Source: Mustelus asterias
Taxonomy: Eukaryota
DNA: 64,000 nt
Direction of reading: 5' to 3'
NCBI RefSeq assembly: GCF_964213995.1
Contig: NC_135824.1
Coordinates: 30,318,001-30,382,000 of the forward strand
A program made the position numbers and the translations under genes. Below are positions 24,667 through 37,886 of the stretch, piece by piece (position 1 is the stretch's first letter; the number at the start of each line of letters is the position of its first letter). Under the pieces are notes generated by a model. That model was not told where the DNA came from, made no database searches, and saw only the letters and a program-made list of their open reading frames with translations.

Positions 24667-26028
24667 GGATTGAGGGTTGAAAATAATGGCAGGGTGGGAA
24701 GTTATAAGCATGGACTCTCATGGATAGTATATCCAAGCAACAATATAACAATTGGTCAGCTCTGTCCCAATGTTTGCCATTCAAGCTTACTTCAACCTGC
24801 GATCGCATTCCATAACACAGAAATAAGGCTAAACTAGGCTGAAAATCATATTTGTTAATGTACATCTTCAAAAAGGTTCACCTTAATAGATTTCAACAAC
24901 GCAGAACAACAATGCTAAACAAATTGATGAATAGTTTTGAAGTTTGAAATTTGCATGGCTAATTTTTAGTGGGATGATGAATGACAAGAACAGGAGCTAA
25001 AGCAACCATGTAGACGTAGCACAGAAAGCTGCTATGTTACACCTAGCAAACATTCTCCACGATTTACTTAACCAAGTACTTTTGGCCAGAAATGACAAAA
25101 TCTCCATTGTCCCGCTTGCACAATGTCAATAGCATGATGATGAAAACCCCACAAAACGCTTTTGTTTCAGACAAACACATTCATCGAATTCACAGCAACA
25201 GTATCAGAATGGTTCTGACCCACTGATGTAAGATTTCAGTGATATCAAGACAGAGTCAATTAGACCACATAGGATACAGTTCAGAGCAGTATGGGCAATT
25301 TATTCTATGAAGACTTCACCATATGAACTACTGTATAGCACACCAGCCACGTTTCACTGTAGGAGCACATTAGCTGCTGCATGCCCAGTGTAAATGAGGA
25401 TGCAACTGGAACATTGGCTACGCTGCAAGAGGGAGAAGTTAGAATTCAGCTAGGGTCTTAGACTGACAAAGAGTCATAAAGATATACACAATTCCCTACA
25501 ATAAACAACTGCCATATATCACTGTTATCTTTGATTTGGTACATTGTACATCGAGCTCAGACACCTACATTTTAAAAATCATCCTGTTTTGATTGTGCAA
25601 AAAAAGCAAAACAATTGAACAATAAATTATTTTGTACACACATCCATCAGTGTGTGCGGACTGATGCACGAGAAGGCAGTAGCTTAAATCATGTTTGAAT
25701 AACATGTTTTTCACATAGTGAAAGTAGACAGAAAATTCCACATCAGAAACACCGTGCGTCAGACATACAATCTGAGGATTACACAATATTCTTTGCAGTA
25801 AAGCTTTACCAAATCGGGCTTTTAATTACCTTCAACTGGGATTACGCTCTCGATTCCTCACAAAAGTTTACTTTTTTTTCTGAGAATGTTAAAAATGATC
25901 ACTAAATACAAAAAGCAGTCTATACTGGAGGGACGTGGGAACACGTATAACACATTCACTGTTCTGTTTCTTCTCACACAAGATTTGCAAGCAATCTTGG
26001 ATGAATATATTATTCTTATTGAAAAACA

Positions 26029-26034
26029 TTTATT
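26029..26034 (-). promoter_or_regulatory. Candidate polyadenylation signal AATAAA of the ELL gene
   Basis: tttatt on +, about 680 nt past the stop in AT-rich repeat-free sequence. Alternatives: ATTAAA near 25820 and AATAAA at 25299-25304. Confidence 0.45.
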
Positions 26035-26716
26035 TGACACACTCATTTGGGATCAAACGAGGAGAAACAATTTCTGACGGATTTAAGAGCGAACTAAGGC
26101 AAAAGCAAAGGTCACTAAAAAACACATACTAGTGTTATTCCCAAGAAGAAACACCTTAAGGCAATATTACTGCGAAACGGATTACTTTTGTCTTAAATAT
26201 CACAACGATGTTGCCTGAAGCTATAAATGCAGTTGATTGTAACCTTAGGTGATGAATTTATAAACAGAAATGTGCACTGCATATAAAGATTGGCCCCATA
26301 AAATGCATGGCAGACTTGCGTTTTAAATTCATATTAAGGCATCTTCGAGGAGAAAAATGTTTTCCAAAGTACACCGACAGTACTTTTTTCTGGTTTTGTG
26401 TTTTATGTAGTACATATATATACACTGCAAAAATATATAGACAACATGCAGCTTCTGGCTCAGTTCACATTGTCAATCACAGGTATTCAAACCTTGCTGC
26501 TAGCACTGAGATCTTCAGTTCTTCATTAGCAGGTCGCAACTCTTCAATGATCAAACTGCAATGGTCAAAAGGTTTCTATTCTTTAAAAAAAACGCTAAAA
26601 ATTGTCCTTCTTGAAAGTCATTTTCCAGACAAATAGGCTCTCCTGTGCTGTGTCCAGAAGCAACTGGTTGCTTTTAACATTTGGAAAAACAAAGGAAGTC
26701 TTGGCAGTGAACATCA

Positions 26717-26824
26717 TCATGACATGTCGTTTGGGTCATATTCCAGAATTAACTGTTTGATGTGTGCTAGCTTCCGGTGCAGGTATTCACAGCGAACCTT
26801 TTCTTCCCGATATGTAGGGTGGGT
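26717..26824 (-). CDS. ELL3: ELL-family terminal coding exon with stop
   Basis: aacag|ACC...TGA, followed by a second in-frame TGA. THPTYREEKVRCEYLHRKLAHIKQLILEYDPNDMS*. Confidence 0.96.
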   Translation of the reverse strand, partial: THPTYREEKVRCEYLHRKLAHIKQLILEYDPNDMS

Positions 26825-27294
26825 CTGTTTTAAAAAGAAATAATATTCACTTTCATATAATTGGCAACAACACAAAATTCAACAAATAGCTTGTGCCGAG
26901 AACCACTATCTAATTTCACAATGTGCATGAGGGATCCTGGCTTGATTCATTGTGTAGCTTCTCCACCTATTGTCGAGCTCATATTGTTAATTTGGAAATA
27001 TAGTGATGGAAGAGCACAAGCTGACATGGACATTGATGACACGAGTGATACAGAATGGAAGAGTTAGAGGGAAAGTTTAGCAACAGGATTTAGGCATTGA
27101 ATAAATCTGGAGAGCTGGATTAAAGAGCTGGGGACAGAAAAACACAAAGTGGAACTGGCGAAAGCTGAGAATATCTGCATTATAAAGGAAGCAGTTGATA
27201 TTGATGCACAATATCATCCTCTTAAAAGCATTTTGAAAATACCCCATTTCCCAGGCAAGTTAAAGGAAAACATGAAATCACAGAATTTTAGAGT

Positions 27295-27782
27295 AGAATC
27301 ATGGAACCCCTACAGTGCAGGAGACCATTCAGCCCATAGAATCTGCACCGACTCTCTAACAGACTATCTTACCCAGGCCCTCTTTCCCCCGTCCTATCCC
27401 CACACATTTAGCATAGCTAATCCATTTAATTTACACGTCTTGGGACACTGAGGAATTTTTTTTTAAAATCATACCAATCCACCTAACCTGAACGTCTTCA
27501 GACTGTGGGAGGAAACTGGAACGCCCAGAAGAAGCCCAAGCAGACACAGGGAGAACGGACAAACTTCACACAGATAGTCACCCAAGGCCAGAATTGAACC
27601 CGGGTCCCTGGTGCTATGAGGCAGTAAGAAGTTTAACAACACCAGGTTAAAGTCCAACAGGTTTATTTGGTAGCAAAAGCCACACAAGCTTTCGAGGCTC
27701 TGAGCCCCTTCTTCAGGTGAGTGGGAATTCCACATCATGTCCACGCTATGAGGCAGCCACACTGTATCACCATGTGCTGCCC
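27295..27782 (-). mobile_element. V-SINE, tail type A, with PLE insertion
   Basis: Head split at duplicated GCTATGAGGCAG. Confidence 0.8.
27625..27744 (-). mobile_element. PLE family 1 pLTR fragment with 12-bp TSD and hammerhead motif (27682-27720)
   Basis: Minus strand: cac-CTGAAGA-a-ggggct cag agcctc-GAA-AGCT-T-gtg. TSD at 27613-27624 and 27745-27756. Confidence 0.85.
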
Positions 27783-27996
27783 CCAGCACTCGTGTCATCA
27801 ATATCCATGTCAACCTGCACTCTTCCATCGCTATTTCTAAATTAATATGAACTCAACAATAGGTGGAGAAGCTACACAATGAACCAAACCAGGATCCCTC
27901 ATGCACATACATTCTGGTTCAACTCTGGCCTTGGGTGATTTTACAAGATCAAGGAAAACAGGTAAACCTCTTTCTCCCCAAAAATAAGTAACCTAC

Positions 27997-28041
27997 CTTT
28001 TTAAACTTCCTATATTCTTCAAATATTTGGTCTTCCACCAT
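27997..28041 (-). CDS. ELL3: ELL-family exon (exon 11 equivalent, 45 bp)
   Basis: tttcag|ATG...AAG|gtaggt, phase 0 to 0. MVEDQIFEEYRKFKK. Confidence 0.93.
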
Positions 28042-28746
28042 CTGAAATACAACAACATCAATAAAATAGGCTTCTATTTCTTACATTTAAGCATACCAAC
28101 ACAACATAAACTTTTCAATCTGTTTCAGAAATTAAGCTCAAATGCAAAACTAGCACCTTCCCCATTTTGAAATATCAATTCAAAGGGAAGAAACTTGCTT
28201 GAATATTGAGATGTTTAATAGACAGAAATGGTTCTGGCAGGCACCAACACCAATTCAAAATTTCAGTATACATTACAATAAAGATTAAATAGGTCATTCC
28301 TACACTACCAATTTTAATTTCACCAAGTTTATTTAAAATGAGAGGCGTTGGCTATGCAGTTCTAGAGGAATTCAACCGTTTTTATTTAGTCAAACATGGT
28401 TTAAAAACACGAGGAACCAATTCATAGAAAATGGAAGCAGTCCTTTCCAAGAAAAGAAAGCTTCATCAATCTGAATTAAAAAGGAAATGTTTAAGGGAGG
28501 ATGCTCAGATTGCAGCCCTGGGCCACATTCAGCTGTGACGTCCTGACAATCTGGCTCCTGAAGTTCAAGCCACTCAGTTCTACTGTTACGGTTTACGTTT
28601 CTTACTTGCAGGCTTATCCTGTTTGAGGGCTGTAACCTGCAGGTTTAGAAAGAGTCGCCTGTACCACTTAAGTCTCACAGGAGGACAAATCCTAAAGCAG
28701 ATCAAATCCCAAATTTCTATCCCCATTCTGTGGCATATCAACTAAT

Positions 28747-29331
28747 CGTAGAATCCTACAGTGCAGAAGGACACTATTCGGCTCATTGAGTCTGCACCAA
28801 CCACAATCCCATCCAGGCCCTATCCCCATAACCCCATGCATTTATTCTAGCTAGGTCCCTGACACGTAGGGGCAATTCAGCATGGCCAATCCACCTAATC
28901 CGCACATCTTTGGACTCTTAGAATCTTAGAAACCCTACAGCACAGAAAGAGGCCATTCGGCCCATCGAGTCTGCACCGACCACAATCCCACCCAGGCCCT
29001 ACCCCCATATCCACCCATTAATCCCTCTAACCTACGCATCCCAGGACACTAAGGGGCAATTTTAGCATGGCCAATCAACCTAACCCGCACATCTTTGGAC
29101 TGTGGGAGGAAACCGGAGCACCCGGAGGAAACCCACGCAGACACGAGGAGAATGTGCAAACTCCAGGAGAATGTGCAGACTGTGGGAGGAAACCGGAGCA
29201 CCCGGGAGGAAATCCACGCAGACATGGGGAGAACGGGCAAACTCCACACAGACAGTGACCCAAGCCGGGAATCGAACCCGGGTCCCCTGGTGCTGTGAGG
29301 CAGCAGTGCTAATCACTGTGCCACCTTGCCG
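28747..29331 (-). mobile_element. Tandem type A V-SINEs, one with an internal duplication
   Basis: Partial copy 28747-28917 and full copy 28918-29331. Confidence 0.85.
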
Positions 29332-30133
29332 CTGGCAGCTGCAGTGCTACAGCAGTCCTCAGTTTCTCCACGCTCCTCTGGGCACTGTGGGCAGCTGATG
29401 GAAATTACTCCTCTACTTTTCAAACTTGTGCACTTTCCTGGAAAGTTAAACTTCTTTGCAAAATGACAGTAATTTTTTTTAAAACCATTCCATGATGTAA
29501 TTTTAGGCCTTACACTTATTGAACTTATTTTTTTAAAAAAGGGAGCCTAGGCATTGTCAAATTGTGGTGGAATAGTCAAAAAGCAAATATGAGGCCGATG
29601 TTCTATTGGCTAAGAGGAATCCAATTTTTATTATTATACTGTAATGAGAGCAGTTAAAGTCAAAGTGATGCAGCATTTTATGGTCGATTTGCATCTTTAT
29701 TCTTTAAATACAAAGTCTGACATGGTGTACAATGAACATTTAATTATGTTGTTCTAGCTCTTTAGCATGCCTGAATTGGTGTCAATCAGGTGTGAAAGTA
29801 GCTGAATATCATTCTATTTTAATTAATTCCCTCCTCTCCTTCAATAATTTAAAGACAATAGGCTTACTAATTTAACATACTTCACTTGCACAGATATAAA
29901 TCAACGTTAAAAGTAATATTTAATACATTTAGGAAGGCACACAATTATTTAAACTTACAAACACAAGGTGCCCCCTCCCCCAACCCCTTAGTGGCCATGT
30001 TATCAGTCAACCAGTTTGTATAATACCTCAGGAACAGGTGAAGTTTAAGGAGAGGGAGAAGACTGGGAGTGGTGGGGGTTGAGTGAGTGAGAGAGAATTG
30101 AACAGCACAACCTAAGAATTTGCATTCTCTTAC

Positions 30134-30305
30134 CTTGTATTCCTTTGTTCCTGGGCTAAGTGTTTTGATTTTTGATCCCAACTGTATGAATTGCTGAGTT
30201 ATGTTTCCAATTCTTGCATGAAGATCCCGATATTCGCTGTATTCTGCGTTGAAATCGTTCCGATAGTTTTGACACATTTCTAAAGACATAACGGCAGTAT
30301 ACTTT
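30134..30305 (-). CDS. ELL3: ELL-family exon (exon 10 equivalent, 172 bp), occludin/ELL domain
   Basis: ttgcag|A AAG...AAG|gtaaga. KYTAVMSLEMCQNYRNDFNAEYSEYRDLHARIGNITQQFIQLGSKIKTLSPGTKEYK. Confidence 0.96.
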
Positions 30306-31237
30306 CTGCAAAAATAATGTTGCTGTTACCTCCAAGCTTTCAAAAGCAGATAAATAAATCGATGCAGACAAACTTAAAATTGATGAATCTTTGCTCAGGC
30401 TCTAAAGCACTTCAGTCATGTGTGGTAAATTTGATAAGGGGCATTTCAGGAGGTGGTAGGGGGATTTCTCTGGTGTACCCGTTCCTTTATAAAATTCTTG
30501 AGTTTCAATTTATACTGATTTACATCTATTGTCAACCCACACTATTCACTACATCCCAAAGGTGAAAGTTTAATCAGACTTTGTCCCTCCCATTTTTAGA
30601 TGCTGCACACGGATCATGGTGTGGGGTGTAGCATTCTCTGCTGCGTTCTGTCCAACACAAAAAATACTTACATATCCAAAACTAAATGAGGAAGTATTTG
30701 GAACAAAATGAAGTGCCCAAAAAAAGTTTATTTGGCAACACTAAATCTCCTCCTTCAACTTTCAACGACACGTTAAAGGAACCACTCTAGGGGATTTACA
30801 AACCGACAATATCTACTTGTCAGCTAACTGGTAGAATTAATAACATTCTCCTAGGGTGCAGAGAAACGATTACAGAAAATCTCCCCAGAAAGAGAGGGGC
30901 TGCAGCAAAAGCGTGCAATATTTCAGCAAAAGTTAGAGCTAAATGGATAGGGCATTTCTGCAAATGTCAAAATGATTTTACTGGCCACACCTGAAAAAAC
31001 CTGCGCACTAAATATATTTTAGCTCAAGGTTTATAAAAATGATACAATAGGAACCCAGAATTTCCAAGACAGTTCTATGAAGGCATTTGGATAATACTAC
31101 CAGCCTATTATGTAGAGATTTGCATCTAATTTTACACGCCTTGCAAATAGTCACTTGGCAGCATGGAACTAGAATATTGCTATCAGGACAAATACAAGAA
31201 TTCCTAATGTCAAATTATCACAAAAAATATATATTAC

Positions 31238-31790
31238 GGGAGAAAAGGTGCTGATTGGCTAATCAGAGTCAATTTGCCAAGCAAAGTGTTGCCATGGAGA
31301 AAACAACACGGAGCTGCAGGCTCCCCAAGCCCCCCAAAAGCGACACTTTTTTTTGGTACCTTTTGGTAGTTTATTCCTAATCAAAAATCCAATTTAGTCC
31401 AATCAGAGTCCCTACGAGGGACAAACCAGGCCCAAGCTGACAAGACAGGATATACATCCCATCTTGGGCTCGATCAAAACAATATCCGAGCTGACAGGAC
31501 AAGGCATTGCACTCCCTCCTGGGTTTGACCTGAGCTTCACGTTAGCCAAAATCCACACACCCATTCTCTGCAAACAAAAGGAATATATTCAAGCCTTACA
31601 ACTTTTTTGAAGTCACCTAACTTGGGTTACCTATAGTTCCTCGTCGCTTCTTCCATGGCAAAACCTCACTTGCCAATGAAACAGCACCCTCTTCTCCTGC
31701 AGTGATCATTTGAAATTTGGCATTTTTACATTTGTTCTGATGAGTGCAAGATGAAAAGCTTTGGCAAGATTAATCTTTTCACCTTGTAAA
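31238..31790. mobile_element. Old probable PLE family 3 remnant with inverted segments and decayed hammerhead (+, 31732-31767)
   Basis: 31239-31300 is loosely inverted to 31648-31697; ttgtt-CTGATGA-gtgcaagat-GAA-AAGCTT-T-ggcaa. Confidence 0.55.
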
Positions 31791-32099
31791 TAATTATAAC
31801 ACGTAAAGACTATCCCTTTAACCATGGAAGGTGGGCAGCTTGACATTGGATCAAATTAAATCCAGTAAAATAAAACAAAGCTTTGCCTGAGTTGTGTGAC
31901 TTTCTTCTCGGATGTTGCATTCTGCTGTCCCAATAGCCCCCAATATCCAGTCAAGTGCTGAAGAAGCAATCTAACTAGGTATGGCTTCAAACCTGGGGCC
32001 ATCCATGTGACAACCTGACCAATGCCACTCATCTGAACAACAAGCTTAAATTCTGAAAAGCTCCAACAAATCAGGAGTCTCCACTAAATTTCCTTTCTG

Positions 32100-32402
32100 T
32101 TTAAAGTTTATTTATTAGTGTCACAAGTAGGCTTACATTAACACTGCAATGAAGTTACTGTGAAAATCCCCTAGTCGCCTCACTCCCACGCCTATTCTGG
32201 TACGCCAAGGGAGAATTTAGCATGGTCAAAGCACCTAAACCAGCGCATCTTTTAAACTGTGGGAGGAAACCGGAGCATCCGGAGGAAACCCACACAGACA
32301 CAGGGAGAACGTGCAGATTCCCCAGTGACCCAAGCTGGGAATCGAACCCGGGTCCCTGGCGCTATGAGGCAGCAGTGCTAACCACTGTCACCGCGCCACC
32401 CC
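32100..32402 (-). mobile_element. V-SINE, tail type B
   Basis: Family match. Confidence 0.85.
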
Positions 32403-33083
32403 TAAATACTTTTTTCAAAATTTGCAATTATTTAACATAGCAAGCTGATTTCGAGCTGCAGAACCTACCAATTGTGGAACTGTAGTTTATCAGAAAAACA
32501 ATCAGCTACCATTTCCTTCTCCAGCAGGGGTCAGTAATAAAAATATTAATGGGTAAGGATGAAGGATGTGAGCTAACACCAGCAGATGGCACCAATATTA
32601 GACAGAATGAGAAACCGGGAGGATCACGTCAAATTATAAACTGCCTCAAGATGACCATACTCTGGAACGATACTACTGAATACCTAGCTCTTGTATTCCT
32701 GAGAAGGTTTGATCGATGCTTTCAGGGATTATGTTTTTTCTTACTCCAGGAGACTAGAATCTTGGAATTAGCCAGTTAGAATGCATTACAGGGCTGTGAC
32801 AATCGTCCTATTCACTTCTGCAAATATGTGCCAACCCACTCAATTATGAAACACCGTCAACAAGGAAGCTGTCTACTCTTCTAGCAGCTGAGCTTAGAGG
32901 GGTCAACAAAAAGCCAACACGCCAGATCAACTTTAGTTCAATGACACAATGGGTTTAAGACAGCCAGTCACCACACAAGCAGCAGAACACAATATAGCTG
33001 TCAATGTTCGCAGTGTTATACATACATAAAGTTTCAAATTATATTGAATACTTCTAATAAACAAATTTAAAACTTTTGCATTA

Positions 33084-33392
33084 TTGAATTCTACAGTGCA
33101 GGAGGCCATTCGGCCCATCGAGTCTGCACCAACCACAATCGCACCCAGGCCCTATCCCCATAACCTCACGTATTTACTCTGCTACCCTGACACTAAGGGG
33201 CAATTTAGAATGGCCAATCCACCTAACCCCGCACATCTTTGGACTGTGGGAGGAAACCAGAGCACCTGGAAGAAACCCACGCAGTCATGAGGAGAATGTG
33301 CAAACTCCAAACAGCGATCCAAGCCGGGAATTGAACCGGGTTCCTGGCGCTGTGAGGCAGTGGTGCTAAACATCGTGCCACTGTACTGCCCA
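33084..33392 (-). mobile_element. V-SINE, tail type A
   Basis: Family match. Confidence 0.85.
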
Positions 33393-34137
33393 TATCTTCA
33401 AGCAGAACAACTATAAATTTTCAAAGAACAAAGAACATTACAGCACAGGAACAGGCCCTTCGGCCCTCCAAGCCTGCACTGACCATACTGCCCAACTGAA
33501 CTAAAACTCCCTACCCTTCCAGGGACCATATCCTTCTATTCCCATCCTATTCATGTATTTGTCAAGACGCCCTTTCCACTACGTTTCTTGACATTTGAAC
33601 AGAGAAAACAGTAAGTGACATCTTGAGGACACAATGCAGTAGAATTCCCCATTATGATCTCCAAGTACATTTTCCTCATTCTTCAAATGTTCCACAGTCT
33701 TCACATATCAATAGGAATTTGCCCATCTACGTGGGATGGGTCATGGTAACTGACATTGTTGCTCTTTTTGGTTCAAAATTTAGTGATGTGAACTTTCTCC
33801 CTCACCATGATCCTCAGTTCTATTCTCCAGAGGAAGTCACAACATCCGGAATACATGTGCCACCAGCAGAATGCACATGTCAAACTCTTAATCCCAGCCA
33901 TCTCACTGCAACATATGGGACTGGGAGAAGGTTGTGCGTATGAAAGTGTACTGCATTCAATGATATGGATGATAACACTAGGGTGCAACGAGATACCTTT
34001 ACCAATTTCCAAATTCAAATAGAAATATGCAAAGAAAACTGGCAGTGAACCTCTTTGACTTCAACTCAAAGATAAAGACCATGATCAAGCAACCTCGCCT
34101 TTCACATAAACAACATACAGGAAAATGTAAAACAACA

Positions 34138-34737
34138 AAGAAACTAGAAGCAGGAGTAGGCTACTCGGCCCTTCAAGCCAGCTCCGCCGCCATTCATTCT
34201 GATCAAGGCTGATCATCAAATTCAATGTCCTGATCTTGTCTTCTCCCCCAAATCCCTTTAGCACTGAGAGCTATATCTAATTTCTTCTTGAAATCAGATG
34301 TTTTGGCCTCAGCTACTTTCTGTGGTAGTGAATTCCACACATTCACCACCCTCTGGGTGAAGAAATTTCTCCTCACCTCAGTTCTAAAAGGCTTACCCCC
34401 TTTTCCTCAAACTATGACCCCTTGTTCTGGACTCCCCCACCATTGGGAACATGCTTTCAGAATCTACCCTGTCTAACCCTGTTAGAATTTTATAAGTTTC
34501 TATGAGATCCCCTCTCACTGCTAAACTCCAGTCTCTCCTCATATGACAGACCTGCCATCCCAGGAATCAGCCTGATAAACAACCTTCGCTGTACTCCCTC
34601 TAAATAGCAAGGACATCCTTCCCCAGATAAGGACACCAAAACTGCATACAATGCTCCAGGTGTGGCCTCACCAACGCCCTTTCAATTTCAGTCAAACATC
34701 TCTTCCTGTACTCAAATCTTTTCGCTATGAAGGCCAA
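34138..34737 (-). mobile_element. Decayed CR1 3' fragment
   Basis: Similar to 3990-4590. Confidence 0.8.
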
Positions 34738-35469
34738 GAAGGAAAACCTACAAAAAATTGGAAACTTGAATTAAAAAGTAAAACTACATGGCACCTGCAG
34801 GAGAAAACGCAACTCACAATACTCTGGTTACGCAACTTTCAGTAATACTTCATGTCACTAATACACCTTGGCAGATCCGGGACATTCCTTCGCCTTACTG
34901 GGTTGGGTTCCTCAGCAACACCACAACAGTGTGCAAGCTGTTTAAACTGACCAACTCTGAGATTTGCACCATGTCAATGAAGGGAAATCTTGCCTTTAGC
35001 ACTACCTCCAAAACGAGCACTGAGTCAAGGCTTTGTCATCACCATGCTCTGTACCCTGCCTGATGTTCCACTTGCCTGGTCGACTGAGCCTGGGTCCTTC
35101 TATCCGAAAGAGCCAAAATGTTCCAAGCCAGGAATACCTTGCACCCCAGACAGACTTTTCCATGAAAGAGGGCAGATAATTTGATCATGCTAGGAATTCA
35201 TGTTGAGATCACTTAAGCCATACAAATGCTTAAATATCTGTCTCTGATTGCCATAATCTTGCTGTCATTTCACTAACAGAGCAGCGACAGAGGCACTCAC
35301 AATGCACTCAATGTAAATGAATTGTATGCAATGCCACCATGATAAGACAGGTGCATATAGGATAGCCGCATCCGACAGAGGGCACCTTTATACTCCATGT
35401 TGTGGACCCAGTGGATTGCCTGGTTCAGGTTTTTCTCAAATTGCCTTCAAGGGGACAAGGAGAATTGAA

Positions 35470-35868
35470 GAATCATAGAATCCCTACAGTGCAGAAGGAG
35501 GCCATTTGGCCCATTGAGTCTGCACTAACCACAACCTAACCAACCACAACTTACAACCCTTACCCATATCTGCAAAGATGAGAAAGAAGTTTGAAACCCC
35601 TTCAAAACCTAAGTGCAAGCCCTATGCCCGTAACTCCACTTATTTACACTGCCAGTCCCCCCTGACACTAACGGGCAATTTAGCATGGCCAATCAACCTA
35701 ACCTGCACATCTTTGGATTATGGGAGGAAACCGGAGCACGCGGAGGAAACCCATGCAGACATGGGGAGAATGTGCAAACTCCACACAATCACCTGAGGCC
35801 GGAATTGAACCCGGGTCCCCGGTGCTGTGAGGCAGCAGTGCTAACCACTGTTCCACCATGCCATCCCG
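35470..35868 (-). mobile_element. V-SINE, tail type A, containing a 68-bp copy of nearby unique DNA
   Basis: 35550-35617 equals 36045-36112 with one mismatch. Confidence 0.85.
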
Positions 35869-37822
35869 GCCACTGTGCCACTGTGCTGAGAAGGGATTTG
35901 GAAGGCAGAGAGATAGACAGCTGACCAGTTCCAACAATCAGCTGTACAAACCAAAAAAAAGAAATCCTCAAAGAATATAAATGAATCGGCCCTCAGAGTT
36001 CTACACCCCAATCACTTGTTGCCCAAGCTAACTCGCATCTACTCCTTACAACCCGTACCCATATCTGCAAAGATGAGAAAGAAGTTTGAAACCCCTTCAA
36101 AACCTAAGTGCAGACATGACACATTGGTCAATACGAACGATGGCTCAAGTACCAGAAAACACATTTACATCAGGCTGTCACTGGAACATAGAATCATAGA
36201 AATTTACAGCACAGAAGGTAGCCATTTGGTCCATCGTGGCCTACTGGCTACATAGGAATGGAAGAACAACAGTAAACAAGCCATTCAGACTCTCGAGTTC
36301 TAAATGAATGATCAGTACGCCAGCTCCATTTACCAGCTTTTCTCCACTTGTGGCGATAGCTTTACCTAACAAATAAAATCTATTCTCAACCTCTGAAATT
36401 AATCGATCCAGAATCAGAGCCTTTCGGAGGAGCTAATTCCAGTTTCACCCTTGAGAGAGCGTCTGATTGTTATCCAGTGATTTAACAGGTCTTTGCAAGA
36501 CACCCTAGCATGGAGAAGAGTAATTGACAATGGGAACAATTAGACAAAACTAAATCTCTAATTTACTGGGGGTATACCTGCAAGCATTTTAAAATGCACA
36601 CCAGGTTCCTTCCACCCACGTCCGTACACTGCAGAGTCAGTTAGTGACATCAACACCTTGCTCACTTACTCAATTGTGGAATCATTTGATGCCAAAATAG
36701 CTGGCAAAGCCTTCAATCTTAACAGCTTTTTGATCATTACCAGATAAGGAAGTGACAACCCCTGGGATACAAATGCCTCTCCCTCGAGGTTTAAATCAGC
36801 ACAGCGCATTATGCAGCTGGTGTGTTTTAAATGGTCATTATTAAATAAATAAAACCCCTGCCACTGCACAAGTCCCTAGCTACTCTAACCACCAGGGAAG
36901 GCAGGCACAGCAAGAGCAATAACGTACGGCGATGTGAACACATATCATAGGTACAAATGCCATTTCATGAAAACCTTTAACCAAGGCAAATCCTTTCCAC
37001 TGAAGTTTACGGACGTTAATTGAAAGCAGGCAACACAAGTCTTCAAAAGTTGAATTTAAAAATCCTTGAATATCTCAACTTAGTTAACTCCTTGGAATTT
37101 GAAAGAGAAAACAAACTTGATGGAACTAGGAACTTTTAACCATTGTGAGGTCTAAGAAAGAAATAATATGAAGTTGCTCCAGAACAAGACTGCATGTCAG
37201 AATGGGAGAAGAGCCCTAAATATGCATTTGTTTTAAAAAGAACAGCATTTCTAAGTGTCTCTCCTTCTTTCTCCCTCATATATATATATATATATATAGA
37301 CAAAGAATCAACTTAGGCATTTTCAAAATGCAGCGCAGAACATTATTGGTAAAGAGCAAAATAATCCACTGTTCTAGGTGAAAGAGCTTTCTCCTATTTG
37401 CTGCTGACTCAAGACGGTGATGTTTTGTGGAAGGTCTCTTACAATTAAGTCTCGAAGACACCCGCAAAGAACAGCACAGCCTTCTGTGCTGTAAACTTCA
37501 ACTGGTTAAATTTACTACAGATATTCAGATCTCCCACCTTCAAGGTGTGAATTACGCTGCATGGAATTTTTCTGGTGCTTGACCAGTCAGCAGGATAGAG
37601 TTCCTGTTGCAGTGTGTGCACCAATGTAATGCAGGCAACCATGTCTTTCAGCAGCAGGGAGCCTTTATTCGGCAGACCAATGGCATTTTATATTTTAAAT
37701 CTGTCAGATAGAAACCATACTGATTGTCAACATGCATTAAACTGCAGATACACGGCAATAGTGCCTTCACTAAATATAGCAATTTCCTAATGCAAATATT
37801 TTACTGAATTAATACTACTCAC

Positions 37823-37886
37823 AATAAATAGTCAGGCATTTCCACTGTTGAACTAGCAGTTGCAGATGTATTTGTGGTTTCATGCT
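37823..37886 (-). CDS. ELL3: ELL-family exon (exon 9 equivalent, 64 bp)
   Basis: ctacag|AG...TT|gtgagt, phase 1 to 2. HETTNTSATASSTVEMPDYL; PDYL starts the occludin/ELL domain. Confidence 0.9.

Larger units (their letters stand above)
26921..27908. repeat. Inverted repeat of about 125 bp (26921-27047 and 27787-27908) in the last ELL intron
   Basis: Arms are reverse complements with scattered mismatches and small indels. Confidence 0.9.

Noticed and set aside
1-26000. PDIA3 or other expected neighbour exons
   Set aside because: None recognised. Candidate open stretches near 333-540, 7560-7670, 9890-9962 and 14644-14720 lack recognisable homology.
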